From Anaerolineae bacterium (GTDB taxonomy: Bacteria; Chloroflexota; Anaerolineae; Aggregatilineales; UBA3940), in assembly GCA_034430335.1 (NCBI GenBank), contig DAOUES010000059.1:1-63199 (forward strand): a stretch of DNA of 63,199 nt, given 5' to 3'. Each line of letters opens with the position of its first letter. Positions within the stretch are counted from its first letter, which is position 1. Positions 54,666-62,949 of the stretch are shown piece after piece. Under the pieces are notes generated by a model. The model worked only from the letters and a program-made list of their open reading frames with translations, ran no database searches and was not told the origin of the DNA. The translations under genes were made by a program, and so were the position numbers.

Positions 54666-57092
54666 TTATGTTTCGCTTTTGAATACCTGCGCTTCGGGCA
54701 CGTCCATGACCTTCGACCCAAGCCCGGTGCTTGGCAGAAGAACCGTCTGCCGCAAGACTGATCGGACGATCCCGCTGCGCCGCTTGACGATGACGACGGT
54801 CGCATCGGCCATTTTTGCGATCCGCGCCGGGATTCGCCCTGTCAGCCGGTTGTTGAACAGCGGCTCTTCGGTCGCCCCCATGACGACCAGATCATAACCG
54901 GCGGCTTTTTCCAATATCGTGTCGACGGTTTTTACACCTTCGACCAACTCGGTAGTCAGCTTTTCGTAGGTCTTGCTGCCGTTCATCGCCGAGGCGATGG
55001 ACTGTTCGGCCCTGCGGCGAGTGTGCTCCGGGCTGCCGGGGGGGACAATCGAGATGACGTGGATATGGGCCGGGCCTTGCTGCGCCTGCCGCGCGATGCT
55101 CAAGGCGACTTTGATCGCCAACCGGCTGTTCGGGCGGGCGATCACCGGCACCAGGATCGAGCGGATCGGATGCCAGTCGCGGTAGCGTACCAGCGCCAGA
55201 TCGGTGGGCGGGTTGTCGATCACCTCGTCGATCACCGCCCCAAACAGGCGCTCGGTCGTGCCGGTGAAACCCGGCCAGCCCATTACCATGAGGTCGCTGG
55301 CGTTCTGGACGGCGGTCAGGCGAATGCTCTCGGCGATGTTCCGCCCCAGGCGGATCATGGTGCGCACCGGGACATCGAGTTTGCGCGCGTTGGCAATCAC
55401 CGAATCGAGGTAGGCGCGGCCTTCCCGCAGGAAATAGCGCCCGTCGCTCAGGGTCAACTGCTGCGGCACCCGCGCGACGTGCACCGCGAAGATATCGCCG
55501 TTCCTATCTTTGGCGATCATCGCGCCCAGCAAACTCGGCACGTGGCCTTTCTCCGATGTCGCCACCGGAATCAGCACCGAATAGTTCCTGGTGACGAGCA
55601 TCTCTTCGAGTAGGATATCACCAGGCGTTTCGCGTTCTTCCATCCGGGAAAACACGCTGAAGTAAAGCAGCAGCCCGCCGACGATCCAGCCAACGGCGGT
55701 GAGAAAGGCCGATGCCTCGTACATGAACAGGAACACCAGCAGCCCAACCTGGCTGGCGATCCCGATCAAGGGCACAATCGGGAAGCCGGGGATCAGGAAC
55801 CCGCGATCTAAATCCGGCATCTTGTGCCGGAGGATCATCACGGCGATATTCACCTGGATAAAGAGCAGCAGGAACATAATATCGGCGGCGGCAGCGACCG
55901 CCTCAATCGGCAAAGACCAGGCCATGACGATGATCAGCATCCCCGACAGGATGACCGCCCAGACCGGGGTGTGCCTCTTTGGGCTGATCTGGCCGAACAG
56001 TTTGGGCAGGTTGTTGCCCCGCCCCATCGCAAACGAGACACGCGCCGACGAGTAGGTGGTGGCGTTCAAGGCCGACATTGTACTGGCGACGGCGCTGATC
56101 AAGATCAGCAGCCCGCCCCAGCCCCCCAGAACCTGCTCGGCGGCACGGACAATCGCCGTTTCTTTTTCGATGCTGAGATACTCCCAGACGGGGATATCGC
56201 CATAGGAAGCCGGGACTTTCGTCGCGCCGATGGCGGTAAAAGCGACCAGCACGTAGACGATCACCACGATGACGATTGACGCGAAGATGGCACGCGGGAC
56301 GTTGCGCTTGGGGTTAATCACCTCTTCGCCGCTCTGGGCGATGATCTCGTAGCCTTCGAAGGCGATAAAGGTCAACCCCATCGCGGTGAACACGCCGCCT
56401 ATTCCTTTCGGGAGGAAGTCGATAGTGAACACTGCCGGCCATTCCGGATCGCCAAACATAACGCCGAGACCGACGACCACAAACAGCAGCAGGATCACGA
56501 CCTTTGACATGGTGATGATATTGCCTACCAGCCCTGCCTCGGATGCGCCGAGGTAGTTGATGAAGGTAAACAGGATGGCGATAAGCGTCATAAAAGCCAG
56601 CCGCATGAACTCAGGCCCCTCAAAGCCGAGGACGCTGGTCTCTATGACCGGCAGCCCGGCAACTTTCCCCCAGAGTTCAAGGGTGAATGCGCCAAAGGCC
56701 AGCGCATAGAGGCTCCCGGCGACGGCATGGGCGAACCAGCTCATCCATCCCGACAGGAACCCCTGAACGCCTCCCAGCGCTTCTTTGACCCACAGGTAGC
56801 CGCCGCCTGCCTCCGGGAAGGCGGAACCCAGCTCGGCGTAGCTCATCGCGGTGAAGGTGGTGACAATACCGTTCAAAAAGAAGGCCAACACCAGGGCCGG
56901 GCCTGCTTCGCCTGCCGCGATACCCGTCAGGACGAAAATACCGGCACCGATCATCGCACCAACGCCGATCATGGTGATGTCAAAGAGCTTTAGATCGCGG
57001 CTCAGTGAAACATCGACCGTACCGGCCTGCTCAACAGTCTGTATGTTTTCGCTCATCACTCCCTTTGCTTTCTCACTATTATTTGCGGTCAT
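54666..57092 (-). CDS. APC-superfamily amino-acid permease fused to two C-terminal universal-stress-protein (USP) domains
   Basis: About 12 TM helices with APC N-terminal block (IGVGAMIGAGIFVLTG). The C-terminal ~300 aa has two USP-like halves (YSVLIPVATSEKG...MVMGWPG and ILVPVIARPNS...LVVMGATE). Confidence 0.85.
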   Translation of the reverse strand: MTANNSEKAKGVMSENIQTVEQAGTVDVSLSRDLKLFDITMIGVGAMIGAGIFVLTGIAAGEAGPALVLAFFLNGIVTTFTAMSYAELGSAFPEAGGGYLWVKEALGGVQGFLSGWMSWFAHAVAGSLYALAFGAFTLELWGKVAGLPVIETSVLGFEGPEFMRLAFMTLIAILFTFINYLGASEAGLVGNIITMSKVVILLLFVVVGLGVMFGDPEWPAVFTIDFLPKGIGGVFTAMGLTFIAFEGYEIIAQSGEEVINPKRNVPRAIFASIVIVVIVYVLVAFTAIGATKVPASYGDIPVWEYLSIEKETAIVRAAEQVLGGWGGLLILISAVASTMSALNATTYSSARVSFAMGRGNNLPKLFGQISPKRHTPVWAVILSGMLIIVMAWSLPIEAVAAAADIMFLLLFIQVNIAVMILRHKMPDLDRGFLIPGFPIVPLIGIASQVGLLVFLFMYEASAFLTAVGWIVGGLLLYFSVFSRMEERETPGDILLEEMLVTRNYSVLIPVATSEKGHVPSLLGAMIAKDRNGDIFAVHVARVPQQLTLSDGRYFLREGRAYLDSVIANARKLDVPVRTMIRLGRNIAESIRLTAVQNASDLMVMGWPGFTGTTERLFGAVIDEVIDNPPTDLALVRYRDWHPIRSILVPVIARPNSRLAIKVALSIARQAQQGPAHIHVISIVPPGSPEHTRRRAEQSIASAMNGSKTYEKLTTELVEGVKTVDTILEKAAGYDLVVMGATEEPLFNNRLTGRIPARIAKMADATVVIVKRRSGIVRSVLRQTVLLPSTGLGSKVMDVPEAQVFKSET

Positions 57093-57166
57093 TCTAGGAG
57101 CGGGCCGTACTCAGGGGCCAGTACCCATAAGGATTATCCCCCTCAGAAAATGCCCGTTTTTGGGCC

Positions 57167-57214
57167 TTATTGCCCATTCGGGTAATGGATTTGGGTACCC
57201 CCCGCCCATACAAT
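57167..57214 (+). promoter_or_regulatory. Candidate activator-dependent promoter of amt: conserved 20-nt motif, 22 nt, TACAAT
   Basis: TTATtgcCCATTCGGGTAAT (57167-57186), 22 nt, TACAAT (57209-57214). The same layout occurs at 60964-61011 upstream of glnA-2. No recognisable -35. Confidence 0.5.
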
Positions 57215-57257
57215 TACGGCAAGTTCGGCAAAAAATTCGCAAAAGAGGAGAAAAATT

Positions 57258-58649
57258 ATGAAGCGAAAGACTAGACGATTTTGGAGACTGTTTTCCATCT
57301 CGATGCTGGTCATCGGTCTGATGGTCTTGATCCCCAGCATCGCCTTCGCCCAGGACGACGCACCCAGCGCCACTGACCTGGCAAAGTCAATCAACACCAT
57401 GTGGGTGCTGATTGCCGGGTTCCTGGTCTTCTTTATGCAGGCGGGGTTCGGCTTCCTGGAAGCAGGCTTCGTCCGTTCCAAGAACGTGGTCAACATCATG
57501 GCCGAGAACTTCCTCGATACCACGATGACCACGATCGGTTTCTGGTCTTTAGGTTTCGGCATCATGTTTGGCAGTGGTAATGGCTTTATGGGAAGCGAGT
57601 GGTTCTTCCTTCAGGGGCTGCCCTCGGAAATCAACGGACTTCCCCCGTATGCGTTCTTCTTCTTCCAGTTTGCATTCTCGGCAGCCGCTTCGACGATTGC
57701 TTCCGGCCTGATGGCCGAACGCACCGACTTTGTCGCCGACCTGATCTACAGCTTCGTCGTCGGCTTATTGATCTACCCCATCGTCGGCCACTGGTGCTGG
57801 GGGAGCGACGGCTGGCTTTCCACACGGGGGTACATGGACTTTGCCGGATCGACCGTTGTACACCTGGTCGGGGCGCTGGTCGGGCTGGCCGGTACGCTCG
57901 TACTCGGCAAGCGCGCCGACAAAGAATTCGGCCAGACTGCGAAGCAGATTCGCGGCCACAACATTCCCCTGGCGGCCATCGGCACGTTCGTGCTGTGGCT
58001 GGGCTGGTTCGGCTTCAACCCCGGCTCAACGCTGGGCGCGACCGACGCTAATGCTATCGCCTTGATTGTTCTTAACACCGACTTTGCGGCAACAACCGGC
58101 GCTATTGTCGCCATCTTCATCGGCTACGCCTACACCAGGAAGTGGGACGTCAGCATGGCTTTCAACGGTTCGCTGGCCGGGCTGGTCGCGATTACCGCTC
58201 CCTGCGCCTTTGTGACGCCTGAAGCCGCCCTGATTATCGGCGCGCTTTCCGGCGTGGTGTGCTGGTACGGCGTCGAATTGATGGAACGCCTGCGGATCGA
58301 CGACCCGGTGGGTGCGTTCCCGGTGCATGGCCTCAACGGTATCTTCGGTACGCTGGCCTGCGGCCTCTTCGCCGTCGAAGGCGGCCTGTTCTACGGCGGC
58401 GGCCTGGCTCAACTTGGCGTCCAGTCGCTGGGTCTTGTAGCTGTCATCGCCTTTGTCTTCCCGATCTCTTTGCTCCTATTCCTGGGCATCAAGTTCCTGG
58501 TTGGCCTGCGTGTTTCACCAGAGGTCGAAAGCGCCGGGATCGACCTGTACTACCATGGCATCGAGTCCTACCCGGAGTTTGCGGGCGTCGAGCTTCAGGG
58601 CGTCCGGATTGGCGACATGATCGAACCCGTTCCGGCTCCAGGCGATTAG
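57258..58649 (+). CDS. amtB: Ammonium transporter (Amt family)
   Basis: Signal-like N-terminus. Amt blocks AGFLVFFMQAGFGFLEAGFVRSKN, DFAGSTVVHLVGA, LWLGWFGFNPGS, VHGLNGIFGTLA. Confidence 0.9.
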   Translation: MKRKTRRFWRLFSISMLVIGLMVLIPSIAFAQDDAPSATDLAKSINTMWVLIAGFLVFFMQAGFGFLEAGFVRSKNVVNIMAENFLDTTMTTIGFWSLGFGIMFGSGNGFMGSEWFFLQGLPSEINGLPPYAFFFFQFAFSAAASTIASGLMAERTDFVADLIYSFVVGLLIYPIVGHWCWGSDGWLSTRGYMDFAGSTVVHLVGALVGLAGTLVLGKRADKEFGQTAKQIRGHNIPLAAIGTFVLWLGWFGFNPGSTLGATDANAIALIVLNTDFAATTGAIVAIFIGYAYTRKWDVSMAFNGSLAGLVAITAPCAFVTPEAALIIGALSGVVCWYGVELMERLRIDDPVGAFPVHGLNGIFGTLACGLFAVEGGLFYGGGLAQLGVQSLGLVAVIAFVFPISLLLFLGIKFLVGLRVSPEVESAGIDLYYHGIESYPEFAGVELQGVRIGDMIEPVPAPGD

Positions 58650-58694
58650 GTTGGCCGCCGGTTAAATAGCAATCATCAGAGAGGAGCTAGCGCC

Positions 58695-59213
58695 ATGTCA
58701 GACCTGAAAATCGCCTATAGAAAAAACCCGGCATACACAGGAAACGGAACAGGACCGCGATTCTTTGCAACCATCGATTTACGTCCCTACGGAGTCAAAG
58801 GTGAAATGATCGAGGTGACAGAACTGCCGGTATTCTTCAAACGCCTTGAAAAACCGATCGGGCCGGTGCGTGATGTCTACAGTGTCTACCCGGCAGGGCT
58901 GCCGGTCGAGAGGGGCAACCTGCATGCTCTACAGTCGATTCTGGACGGGTATCTGAAGGTACTCATTCGCTTCGACCAGCTTCCAGAGTATGTCTTCCGG
59001 GTAGGGTCAACAGCCTGGCCGATCTACAAGCTGGGTGACGAACTGGTGACACGCTATCCGGGCGGGCCTGTGTTCAGGGCCTTTACTATCCAGGATTTGC
59101 GCAAGTGGTTAGCCAATCATTTCAAGGGGACCGGTCGGGTAGAAAATGCCGGTGATCTGGAAGTCTTTTCCCTATCGCCCGCCGACTTGCAGTTGTATCC
59201 GGTCGCGCTCTAG
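58695..59213 (+). CDS. Hypothetical soluble protein, no family recognised
   Basis: 172-aa ORF with RBS AGAGGAG 7 nt upstream of ATG, 45 nt after amt and 99 nt before glnA-1. No terminator on either side. No motif I can assign. Confidence 0.65.
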   Translation: MSDLKIAYRKNPAYTGNGTGPRFFATIDLRPYGVKGEMIEVTELPVFFKRLEKPIGPVRDVYSVYPAGLPVERGNLHALQSILDGYLKVLIRFDQLPEYVFRVGSTAWPIYKLGDELVTRYPGGPVFRAFTIQDLRKWLANHFKGTGRVENAGDLEVFSLSPADLQLYPVAL

Positions 59214-59236
59214 CGAAAAGAAAGGCCGGGATGTCT

Positions 59237-59254
59237 GGGTATGGAAACATACCC
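59237..59254 (+). promoter_or_regulatory. Perfect hairpin / palindrome GGGTATG-GAAA-CATACCC (contains GTA-N8-TAC)
   Basis: 7-bp stem with a GAAA loop in the spacer between the hypothetical ORF and glnA-1, not followed by a T-run. Confidence 0.4.
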
Positions 59255-59312
59255 GGCACCCGGCACTTCACAACAAGAGAATCTTATCAGCAATAGCGTA
59301 AGGAGACAAACA

Positions 59313-60818
59313 ATGACAATCAAACTACGTTCACTTGAAGAGGCAGCAGAACTGGCTTACGGAGAACCCGGTCGAGCCATCACTCCCGACATGGAGCGCT
59401 GTGAAACGGCTGACGACGTTTTCGAATATGCTCGTGCTCGCGGCCTGTCAATCGTCGATATCAAGTTCACCGACCTGTTTGGGCGCTGGCACCATTTCAG
59501 CATGCCGATCAACTACCTGAATGCGGATATGTTTGAAGAAGGATTGGGCTTTGACGGCTCAAGTATCCGCTCGTTCCAGAGTATCCACGAGTCGGACATG
59601 ATCCTTTTCCCCGACCCGGCAACGGCTGTCGTCGACCCGATCATGGAAATCCCGACCCTCAGCCTGACCTGCAACATCTACGACCCGCTGACCCTCGGCC
59701 CGTACAATAAGGACGTTCGCTATATCGCGATGAAGGCTGAGAAGTTCCTGGTCGACGGGGGCCTGGCCAGCCTGAGCTACTGGGGTCCCGAAGCCGAGTT
59801 CTTCGTCTTTGATGGCGTGAGCTTCGACTACAAGACGCGCGGCGCTCATTTCACCATCGAGAGCGATATGGGGCACTGGGAAATGCGCCGCGCCTACGAC
59901 CAGCGCTGGGGGGCCAATCTGGGCTATCGCCCCGAAATGAAGCGCGGCTACTTCCGCGTTCCGCCCGTCGACAAGCTCCAGGACTGGCGCTCGGAAGCCA
60001 TCCTTCGCATGATGCTGGTGGGCATCAACGTCGAAGTTCATCACGGTGAGGTCGCCTCGGCAGGCCAGCAGGAAATCGACCTGAAATACACCACCTTGAC
60101 CAAAGCCGCCGACCAGATGCAGTGGTACAAGTACATCCTCAAGAACGTCGCGGTTGCTCACGGCAAGACGGTCACCTTCATGCCCAAGCCCATGTTCGAG
60201 GACAACGGCTCCGGGATGCACACCCACCAGAGTTTGTGGAACGGCAGCTCGAACCTGTTCTACGACGAGAACGGCTATGCCGGACTCAGCCAGATGGGTC
60301 TGTGGTATATCGGCGGTATCCTCAAGCACACGCCCGCCCTGCTCGGCATCGTCGCGCCGACCACCAACAGCTACAAGCGCCTGGTACCCGGCTACGAAGC
60401 CCCGGTGATGATGGCCTACAGCCAGCGCAACCGTTCGGCCTGCATCCGTATCCCGATGTACTCTTCCAGCCCAAGCGCCAAGCGTATCGAGTACCGCAGC
60501 CCCGACCCGACCGGCAACCCGTACCTGTCCTTCTCGGCCATGCTGATGGCCGGTATCGACGGCGTCATCAACAAGATTGATCCCGGTACCCCGATGGACA
60601 TGGACCTCTACGAGTCCGACGTCGAAGTCGAGCAGGTTCCCGGATCACTCGAAGCCGTTCTTGCAGCGCTTAAAGCGGACCACGAATTCCTGCTGCGCGG
60701 CGGCGTCTTCACTCAGGATGTCATCGACGCCTGGATCGATTACAAGCTCAAGAACGAAGTGGACGCGATCCGTATGCGCACGCATCCGTATGAGTATGCG
60801 CTTTACTACGATATGTAG
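59313..60818 (+). CDS. glnA: Glutamine synthetase type I (longer, GSI-beta-like form)
   Basis: DIKFTDLFGRWHH, GFDGSSIR, GPEAEFFVF, HHGEVA.AGQQEIDL, GSGMHTHQSLW, NSYKRLVPGYEAP, SACIRIP. ATG 59313 follows AAGGAG by 8 nt, so I prefer it to 59241. Confidence 0.9.
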   Translation: MTIKLRSLEEAAELAYGEPGRAITPDMERCETADDVFEYARARGLSIVDIKFTDLFGRWHHFSMPINYLNADMFEEGLGFDGSSIRSFQSIHESDMILFPDPATAVVDPIMEIPTLSLTCNIYDPLTLGPYNKDVRYIAMKAEKFLVDGGLASLSYWGPEAEFFVFDGVSFDYKTRGAHFTIESDMGHWEMRRAYDQRWGANLGYRPEMKRGYFRVPPVDKLQDWRSEAILRMMLVGINVEVHHGEVASAGQQEIDLKYTTLTKAADQMQWYKYILKNVAVAHGKTVTFMPKPMFEDNGSGMHTHQSLWNGSSNLFYDENGYAGLSQMGLWYIGGILKHTPALLGIVAPTTNSYKRLVPGYEAPVMMAYSQRNRSACIRIPMYSSSPSAKRIEYRSPDPTGNPYLSFSAMLMAGIDGVINKIDPGTPMDMDLYESDVEVEQVPGSLEAVLAALKADHEFLLRGGVFTQDVIDAWIDYKLKNEVDAIRMRTHPYEYALYYDM

Positions 60819-60878
60819 TCCTTCCTTTGTGGTTATGTGGTTACTGGTAAACAGTGCCACTTGCCAGCTCCTTAGCAA

Positions 60879-60923
60879 TAGTAGGGCGCGATGTTGGTCG
60901 CATCTGCGCCCTACTATCTTTTT
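60879..60923 (+). terminator. Intrinsic terminator after glnA-1
   Basis: TAGTAGGGCGCG / GCGCCCTACTA long stem followed by TCTTTTT. Confidence 0.8.
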
Positions 60924-60963
60924 CCCCCAGATCAAATACAATCAAATTGCCGTCAATCGTGAT

Positions 60964-61011
60964 TTATGATCCATTTGGGTAATAGCATACCCGAACGGGT
61001 TACTCTACAAT
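60964..61011 (+). promoter_or_regulatory. Candidate activator-dependent promoter of glnA-2 (same motif and spacing as the amt promoter)
   Basis: TTATgatCCATTTGGGTAAT (60964-60983), 22 nt, TACAAT (61006-61011). This would leave a leader of roughly 120 nt before ATG 61136. Confidence 0.5.
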
Positions 61012-61135
61012 CAACGCCGGTAACTTTAGACAGACCAGTAAATATGCATTGCCGACGTGATCGTTTCCCACCGGCGGTGCATCGACCAATTAAATAAGCC
61101 TGATAAAAATTTCATCACTGCTAAGGAGTAAAAAG

Positions 61136-62470
61136 ATGGCTGACCTGGTACAACAGGCAATAGATGACGGAGTGAGATTCATCGATCTACAGTTTACCGA
61201 TATTATGGGCACGACCAAGAGCGTCACCATTCCCATTTCCGGGCTGGAAGAGGTACTGGAAATGGGGGCCTGGTTTGACGGGTCAAGCATTCAGGGGTTC
61301 ATGCGCATCCAGGAGAGCGACATGTTCCTGATGCCCGACCAGTCCACCTACCGCGTCATGCCCTGGACTGCACCGGAACGCCGCCGCGCCCGCCTGATCT
61401 GTGACTTGAAGCGTCCAGACGGCCAGTCGTTCCTGGGCGACCCGCGCGCTATTCTCCGCCGGGCGATGGCCTACGCAGAAGAGATGGGCTTCAAATATAA
61501 CTGCGGCCCGGAGCTTGAGTTCTTCCTGTTCAAGAAAAATGACGGCGAAGCGCCTCTTGCCCCCATTCCCCACGACATCGGCGGCTACTTCGACTTTTCG
61601 CCGAAAGACGAGGCCCAGTCGATCCGCGCCGACATCGTGGTCGCGCTTGAGGCAATGGGCCTGATCGTCGAGGCCAGCCACCACGAAGTGGCGACCGGCC
61701 AGCACGAGATCGACTTCAAATATGCCGACGCGCTGACCGCTGCCGACAACGCGATGACCTTCAAGTACACCGTCAAAGCTATCGCCGCCAAGTACGGCGT
61801 TTTCGCCACCTTTATGCCCAAGCCGATCTTCGGGATCAACGGCTCCGGCATGCACGTCCACCAGAGCCTGGTCGACGTCACTACCGGAGAGAATGTCTTC
61901 TTCGATGCGAATGACCCGTACAAGCTTTCGGCGACCGCCTACAGCTTCATCGCCGGTCAGTTGACCCATGCCAAGGGACTCGCGGCAGTCGTCGCGCCGA
62001 CGGTCAACAGTTACAAGCGCCTGACCCCCGGTTACGAAGCCCCGGTTTATATCTGCTGGGCGCAGATCAACCGGTCGGCGCTGATCCGTATTCCGCGTTA
62101 TTCGCCGGGCCGCGAACAGAGTACCCGCGCCGAACTTCGCTTCCCCGATCCGAGCTGCAATCCGTATATGGCTTTCGCCACGATGCTGCGCGCAGGCATT
62201 GACGGCATCGAGCAGAACCTGCCCGCAAGGGAGCCGGTCAACGAAGATGTCTATCACTTCTCAGACGAAGACCTCAACGAGCGCGGCATTTACCAGCTCC
62301 CCGGCACGCTCGGCGACGCCGTCGAAGCGCTGGAAAACGACCCGCTGCTGCTTGACGCCCTCGGCGATCACATCGCACCGTGGTACATCGGTGCCAAGCG
62401 CGCCGAATGGGACGAGTACCGCATCCGTGTTTCGCAGTGGGAACTCGACCGGTACCTGCTTTCGCTGTAA
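61136..62470 (+). CDS. glnA: Glutamine synthetase type I (444-aa GSI-alpha-like form)
   Basis: RFIDLQFTDIMG, FDGSSIQGF, GPELEFFLF, SHHEVATGQHEIDF, GSGMHVHQSL, NSYKRLTPGYEAP, SALIRIP. RBS AAGGAG. Confidence 0.95.
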   Translation: MADLVQQAIDDGVRFIDLQFTDIMGTTKSVTIPISGLEEVLEMGAWFDGSSIQGFMRIQESDMFLMPDQSTYRVMPWTAPERRRARLICDLKRPDGQSFLGDPRAILRRAMAYAEEMGFKYNCGPELEFFLFKKNDGEAPLAPIPHDIGGYFDFSPKDEAQSIRADIVVALEAMGLIVEASHHEVATGQHEIDFKYADALTAADNAMTFKYTVKAIAAKYGVFATFMPKPIFGINGSGMHVHQSLVDVTTGENVFFDANDPYKLSATAYSFIAGQLTHAKGLAAVVAPTVNSYKRLTPGYEAPVYICWAQINRSALIRIPRYSPGREQSTRAELRFPDPSCNPYMAFATMLRAGIDGIEQNLPAREPVNEDVYHFSDEDLNERGIYQLPGTLGDAVEALENDPLLLDALGDHIAPWYIGAKRAEWDEYRIRVSQWELDRYLLSL

Positions 62471-62506
62471 GCTTAGGGTCCGTAAAAATATAACTTCCCG
62501 ACACCG

Positions 62507-62847
62507 TCAAATGGAGAGCGGATGGGAGCGCGGGCAAAGGGTATAGTTCCATTGAGGACATACCTCGTGAGCATGAAGACCGAGAGCATCCATCTCTTGC
62601 TCTGGCACCTCAACACCTTTGGCATATGATTGAGTGACCAGGTGGGCGAGAACCGTCAACCCGGTCGCAGTAGTCGTGTTCCGAATATAAAACAAGACAT
62701 CCTCAAACGAACGCAAGGGGCAGCCCGCCCCAGCGCTTGACTGGGAAAGTCGTGCGTATTGACCTGTTCGGGGCGTTGACACCAGATTTGACCGGCGTTC
62801 TTGAAGTTGCCGACCAGTTCCTTCTTCTTGGTATCGGCACTCAGCAC
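62507..62847 (-). pseudogene. Remnant of an ISAzo13-type DDE transposase gene (internally deleted, frameshifted)
   Basis: One frame gives [21 protein letters not shown]...VNTHDFP. Another gives ...TTTATGLTV...YAKGVEV...CPQWNYTLCP*. The catalytic middle part expected between these blocks is absent. Confidence 0.6.
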
Positions 62848-62949
62848 CGGCTGATCCAGTGGCCCGCGTCGCTCGACATGGTGGTGACGGCCAATATGTT
62901 CGGTGACATTCTTGTCGACGAGGCATCGGTGCTATCCGGGTCGATGGGT
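62848..62949 (+). pseudogene. 34-aa fragment of 3-isopropylmalate (or isocitrate) dehydrogenase
   Basis: [34 protein letters not shown] matches the family signature N.FGDILSDEAS...GS.G. It is cut on the left by the transposase remnant and on the right by the IS6 inverted repeat. Confidence 0.65.

Noticed and set aside
57156-57175. Sigma-54 promoter (TGGGCC-TTAT-TGCC) upstream of amt
   Set aside because: The GG-to-GC spacing is two nucleotides shorter than the TGGCAC-N5-TTGCW consensus, and no NtrC-type enhancer repeats were seen.
57093-57257. Canonical NtcA (GTA-N8-TAC), Bacillus TnrA/GlnR (TGTNA-N7-TNACA) or actinobacterial GlnR boxes in the amt promoter
   Set aside because: The GTA...TAC pairs present have spacers of 11-12 nt. 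No TnrA palindrome is present. The GTnAC half-sites upstream of glnA-2 (GTTAC at 60999-61003, GTAAC at 61019-61023) do not have proper b-sites. The novel shared motif is reported instead.
61012-61135. Glutamine (glnA-motif) riboswitch in the glnA-2 leader (ATCGTTTCCCACCGGCGG)
   Set aside because: It resembles the consensus only loosely (CGUUCACCC...GGACGGAAGUAGG); the E-loop/pseudoknot elements could not be found. An Infernal scan would settle it.
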